A DNA stretch of 64,000 nt from Sminthopsis crassicaudata (taxonomy: Eukaryota), in assembly GCF_048593235.1 (NCBI RefSeq), contig NC_133621.1, forward strand, positions 85,117,148-85,181,147, in the 5' to 3' direction. The notes below the pieces were generated by a model, which was not told where the DNA came from, searched no databases, and saw only the letters and a program-made list of their open reading frames with translations. Of the stretch, positions 59,248-64,000 are shown piece by piece (position 1 is the first letter of the stretch; the number at the start of each line of letters is the position of its first letter). Both the position numbers and the translations under genes were made by a program.

Positions 59248-61209
59248 CTAAGAAAAAAAGCGGTAAGTCAATGTTTCTATAATAAAACATCTCAATTCAC
59301 TATAATATCTTATATAAAAATAGCACTATACAATAAGACTTAACCAATGGCTCTATGGGTTACACAAAGTTTCTGGTTTTACAATGTTTAATTTGGATTA
59401 GATTTTCTTCCCTTGCCTTTCACATATCTTCCAATAAGGTACAGACAGATGGAATGACAATAAACTGTGATATGATTTCACAAAAATAGAAATGGTGCAT
59501 TTGTGATCATATGAAATGAGTAAGTTGAGAAATTGTGAGGTTATAGCATTTGAAAGAATACCAAATATGTATATCAAAGCCCTCTAATATGACAGAAATT
59601 AAGAAAAACAGAAAGATTGAGCCAATCATTGAACTCAAAGGCAAGAGTCCTGAAGACACAGTCCTAGCAGAAAATAATTACCAGGATTCTGACTGGGTGG
59701 TAGATATAGACTGAACCAACATATCTAAGGTCTTATTTTTAGTGCTTTAAGGGTTTTGTTTTGTTTTTTTGGTTGGTTGTTTTTGTTTTTTTAGTTTAAA
59801 TACCAAATAAATATACATGCAGAACTTGAGTTATTCATCCATTAACACCCCACGAATAGCATACCACCTTTTATAATCATACAAATATTCATAAGTTCTT
59901 TTTAGAGAAAAGGAAAGATAGTAGCAGATTAAGGATAGCTTTGAGTGTGACCTTTATTAGTAGATGATAGGGCATCAATAAAAGATTTGAATAATAGCGA
60001 TATAATCATATCAATGATTAAGGAAGAAAAGGGTCTAGATAGCATGGAAGGAAAAAAAAACAGAAAACATACTGAGATCACTTTTTGTTATAGCAAAGAA
60101 CTAGAAACAAAGTAGATGCCTATTGACTGAAACTAAATAATTTGTGTAACATGAATAAAATAGAATGTCACTTCAAAAAAAGCCACAATAAATATGAAGA
60201 ATATAGGGAGGTCTGAGAAGACATATAAAATGAAACAAAGCAAAATAATAATTAACAGGAAAACAGCGTACTATTACATAATTTTTTAAAAAATCTAAAC
60301 TGAGGAGTATAAAATATATCGCCTAGAATAGCACCAATGGAGAAAGCCTAAGAATTTACTTTCTTCCATTCACTTCAGAAATAGAACATAGCATGTACTA
60401 CTGGACTTGGCTGAGAACTGGTTGATTTTACTAAACTGATTTTTTTCTCTTTTATTTTTTTAGTTATTGTAGGGATTCTAGGTGGAGGGAAAACGAGGAA
60501 CATATTAAGAAATAAAGGAAATATAACAACATTCAATATCCATAAAAACTTAGGAATAAAGAAGAAATGACACAGTCCAAACAGTGGGTATAGCAATAAT
60601 AATAAGAATTTAAAAAAATTGAATCTTGGGTAATAGTATAGATGTAGAAGTGATAGAATTTGGTAGATATTTAGACATGATAAGAAAGAATTAATAACAG
60701 ATTCAAGATTTTAAAAACAAAAGTGTGAGTGAAAAAAAATTAGTAAAGGTCCATCAATCAAGTTCTAGGAAAATATAGTAAACCTAGTTTCAAATATATT
60801 AAATCTGAAATGTGAGAAACCTAAGTGAAAATGCCCTATTAGTTTTAGGATGAAGTTCTCAGCATTTAAAAAAAAAAAAAAAAAAAGGTTTCAAATATAT
60901 CATTAGCATTAATTTTTGTTTAAAGTATAGAAGTTAACAAGAACATACAAAGAGGGACAAGAAAATAGGAAAAGAAACAAAACTCGGGTGTGTAATGGTT
61001 TAAAAGTAAAGGGAGGGGTGGAGAGACTACAGCAGGAAGAATCAATAAGAGAAAAAAAAAAAATATCATCCACAGGGGCTTAAAAAAAAGGGGGGGAGGG
61101 AAGGAAATTTGAACAAAAAGGCTTGGATTAGATTAGTTCATAAAAGGGAAGGCACTACTTTTGACAAAATGGTGAAGTAAGTATCAAGGATTAATCCCAA
61201 TTTTCCTGA

Positions 61210-62200
61210 ACTAGAATGACAAAAAACCCAAACCAAAGAATGTCAACAATGAACAAAAAAAAAAAGGGAGGGAAAGGAGGAAATATGCCAAGTAAGCTGA
61301 ACAGAACTGATAAATTACAAGCAAGAGATGTCCAATGAAATGAATACATGTAATAAAAAGAGAGATGAAATTCCTACAAAGCAAAATCAAGGCTGGCATA
61401 ACCATATACCCTCGAGAACAAATAATCAATATGTCACAAGAACCTCCAAAGTAATTCTAAACAAGAATATAAATAACATTGATAGAAGAGGAATAAGATT
61501 AGCAATAAAGAATTAATGAAGATAAATGCAAAAATAAAGTGTACAGAGACAGAATAACAAACACGAGAAAAAAAAAAAAAAAAAAAAACAGAAACAGAAG
61601 GCATCAAGAGAATTTTAGAAAACAAAGGAGATCTAGAGGATAGAATTCAATAAAACAATCGTTTAGTGCCAAAACAAAAACAAATCCCAGAAACAAACCA
61701 CTCAAAAAAAAAAAAAAAAAAACCTACATTCTATATTCTAAGAATCTTATTACCTAAAAAGTCGTTCTAAATATTGCAAACAGAGTAAATAGTAGAAATT
61801 AGTTGGGCTCATAGATTATCAGCAGAGAGGATCCTAATTTTAAAACATCAAGCTATAAAGTTACCAAAATCCAGTTTCTCAGAAAAAGGAATGCTTAAAC
61901 CAATTAGTAGGAAATAATATACATAATGAAAAAGCATCAATTAAAGCTACAAGAAAACTCAATGAGGATTAAAAAACGAAAGCTAAAATGCAGTACACCT
62001 CAAAATTAATTAAAATGGCCACTACTCCAAGATTACCTATCCGAAGTTATTTCTTTTCTGATAAGAAATTCAATTTCAGGCAAAACTTTTAACATATAAA
62101 ACTTAACAGATGAAATTTTAACAAGGAAATTCAATCCAATTAAAGAATAAAAGATTATTCAAGATTATTTTCCTGAAAGAAAGATATAAGCTTACTGCAG
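61210..62200 (+). mobile_element. Old LINE-1 fragment (inter-ORF and ORF2 endonuclease start)
   Basis: A-rich; gaagaggaataagattagcaat resembles the L1 endonuclease GVAIL region. Decayed. Confidence 0.55.
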
Positions 62201-62239
62201 CTTTTAAGTCCCAGTATAAGGCAAAATCTAGCATAAGAT

Positions 62240-62720
62240 CATTTTTTAAAAGGCTAGCAACTAAGAGAAGTAAACAGAACCAGGAGAACATTGTACACAG
62301 TAACAGCAAGTTTATGTGACGTTCAGCTATGGATTTAGCATTTTCAGCAATGAGGTTCCAATAAGACAGTTCCAATAGACTTGCAATGGAAAATATCATC
62401 TGCCTTCAAAGAGAAAACTATGGAGACTGAATGAATATGGTTCAAAGCATAAAATTTTCAACTTTTTTATTTGTTCTTTTTCTTGTATTTTTTTTCCATT
62501 TTGGTCTGATTTTTCTTGTACAATATGATAAATATGGAAATATCTTTAAAAGGATTGTACATGTATCAACTGTATCAGAGTGCTTGCTATCTTGGGGAGG
62601 GGGGAAGTAAAAGAGGGAGGGAGAAAAAAATTGGAACAAATTAATACAAAAATGAATGTTGAAAACTATCTTTACATGTATTTGGAAAATAAAATACCAT
62701 TGTAAATTCTTCAAAAAGTC
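62240..62720 (+). mobile_element. LINE-1 3'UTR fragment
   Basis: gtaaacagaaccaggagaacattgtacacag...gaaaactatggagactgaatg...ggaaaataaaata. Confidence 0.8.
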
Positions 62721-62949
62721 CAAAAAGGGGGAGGAAGGAGAGGGGAAAAAAAATACTTTTAAGTTACAAAATTATATGCCAAAACATAATTGGTCTAGGC
62801 AGTTTCAGAACCAGAACATTTCTGATATCAACATAGTCACAGATCTAGACCACTATACAACCTTACTTCCTTACTCCTCAAAAAAGATAAAGAAATTAGT
62901 TTTTAGTCAATCAAGTTCTTAAAAGAACTTAAAAGAAAATGAGAAATGG

Positions 62950-63400
62950 GAATATAGATAGAGGGGTTAACCTTAGTAACGTGTGGTTTGGCAGGTAGAA
63001 TCAAGTTACTATCAGTTATTTTAAATGGAATTCCACTTTCTAGTTCTTTCTGTTGGGTTTTATTGGCAACATATAGGTGGGTTTATTTCATAACCTAAAA
63101 TTCTGCTGATATTATCGATTTCAATTAGTTTTTAAATTGATTCTCTAGGGTTATCTAAGTAAACCATTGTATTGGCTGTAAAAAGTGATAGTTTTGTTTC
63201 CTTTTTGCCTACATGAATTCCACATAGACAATCTGTTTCTTGTTTTACTGCATGTAGCTAGCATTTCTAATACAATGTTAAATAGTAAAGGTGATAAGAT
63301 ATCATTGCTTCACCTCTGATCTTACTGGAAAGGCTGCCTTTTTATCCCCATTACTGATAATAATTGCTCTTGGTTTTACATAGATACTTTTTAAAGAAAG
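62950..63400 (-). mobile_element. LINE-1 ORF2 RT fragment
   Basis: cacctctgatcttactggaaaggc and gattctctagggttatctaagtaaaccat are the reverse of the L1 RT region. Confidence 0.75.
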
Positions 63401-63419
63401 TTCCATATTATTGATCTAT

Positions 63420-63910
63420 AAGAAACAATCAGCAGAATGATTTCAGAAAGACCTGGAGAGATTTACATGAATTGATGCTATGTGAAGTGAGTAGAACCAA
63501 GAGAACATCGTACACAGCAGCAGGATTTTACAATTATCAATTTGATGGATATGGTTCTTTTCCACAGCGAGGTGATGGCCTTGAAAGAGCCACCTGCATC
63601 CAAAGAGAGGACTGGAGGCTGAGTGCAGATCACAACGTAGTTATTATATATAAATTTTTTTTGGCTGTTGTTTACTTGTATTTTGTTTTCTTTCTCATTT
63701 TTAATCTGATTTTTCTTCTGCAGCCTGATAATTGTGGACACGTGTAGAAGAACTGCACATGTTTTAACATATATTGGATTAATTGCCAGGGGAGGGGAAG
63801 GGGAAAGAAAGAGAGGAAAAAATTTTGCAACACAAAGTTTTGCAAGGGTGAATTCGCAAGTTTTTAAAAACTATCTATGTAAGTTTTGAAAATAAATGCT
63901 TTAAAATAAA
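63420..63910 (+). mobile_element. LINE-1 3' end
   Basis: gatttcagaaagacctggagagatttacatgaattgatgc...gagccacctgcatccaaagagagg...aaaataaatgc. Confidence 0.85.
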
Positions 63911-64000
63911 AAGAATCAAGTCCATAATTGTATCATAAAAATAATTTGATAATATCACTCATTTTCTTATTTTTCTTCAAAAATTATGTAAAATGTAAAT

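Larger units (their letters stand above)
1..64000 (-). other. RBM33: RBM33 gene body (partial); the whole window is exon or intron of this gene
   Basis: Eight collinear minus-strand exons with GT-AG boundaries and compatible phases translate to a protein I recognise as mammalian RBM33 (ELEDDLLGEDLLSGKK / NQSDLSDEELNDDLLQSDNED / ELSAEAKAALLEFEERERQHKQGRY / KNIHINPHFKGTVVTPVQ / VPLLPVPSQPRPAVGPQRFP). Neither the start exons nor the 3' exons were found in the window. Confidence 0.95.

Overview
This AT-rich window is the middle of a marsupial RBM33 gene (RNA-binding motif protein 33) on the minus strand. The WSINE1/Mar1-type SINEs point to an Australian, probably dasyuromorph, species; that assignment is an inference. 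Eight coding exons can be placed with exact GT-AG boundaries: 59199-59247, 57206-57282, 55355-55667, 51522-51638, 41265-41436, 38374-38581, 34779-35088 and 16829-16887. They encode the acidic N-terminal region and the start of the Pro/Gln-rich region. The first exons lie beyond the right edge and the rest of the gene, including the C-terminal RRM, lies beyond the left edge. Splice phases fit throughout except at 38374-38581, which is 1 nt short (GGG read as GG at 38456-38457) and is most likely an assembly error. The introns hold old L2, MIR, CR1/L3 and L1 relics, a BovB-like RTE fragment, hAT MITE remnants, younger WSINE1 SINEs, microsatellites and three N gaps. There are no CRISPR arrays, rRNA genes or true tRNA genes. 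The most interesting unexplained structure is a series of candidate truncation switches in non-repetitive intronic blocks: a 40-nt frameshifting exon, two donor-readthrough/stop/AATAAA units, and acceptor-plus-stop exons at about 33.7, 12.4 and 5.5 kb. All would end RBM33 before its RRM. These come from reading splice and poly(A) motifs by eye and need RNA-seq and conservation data.
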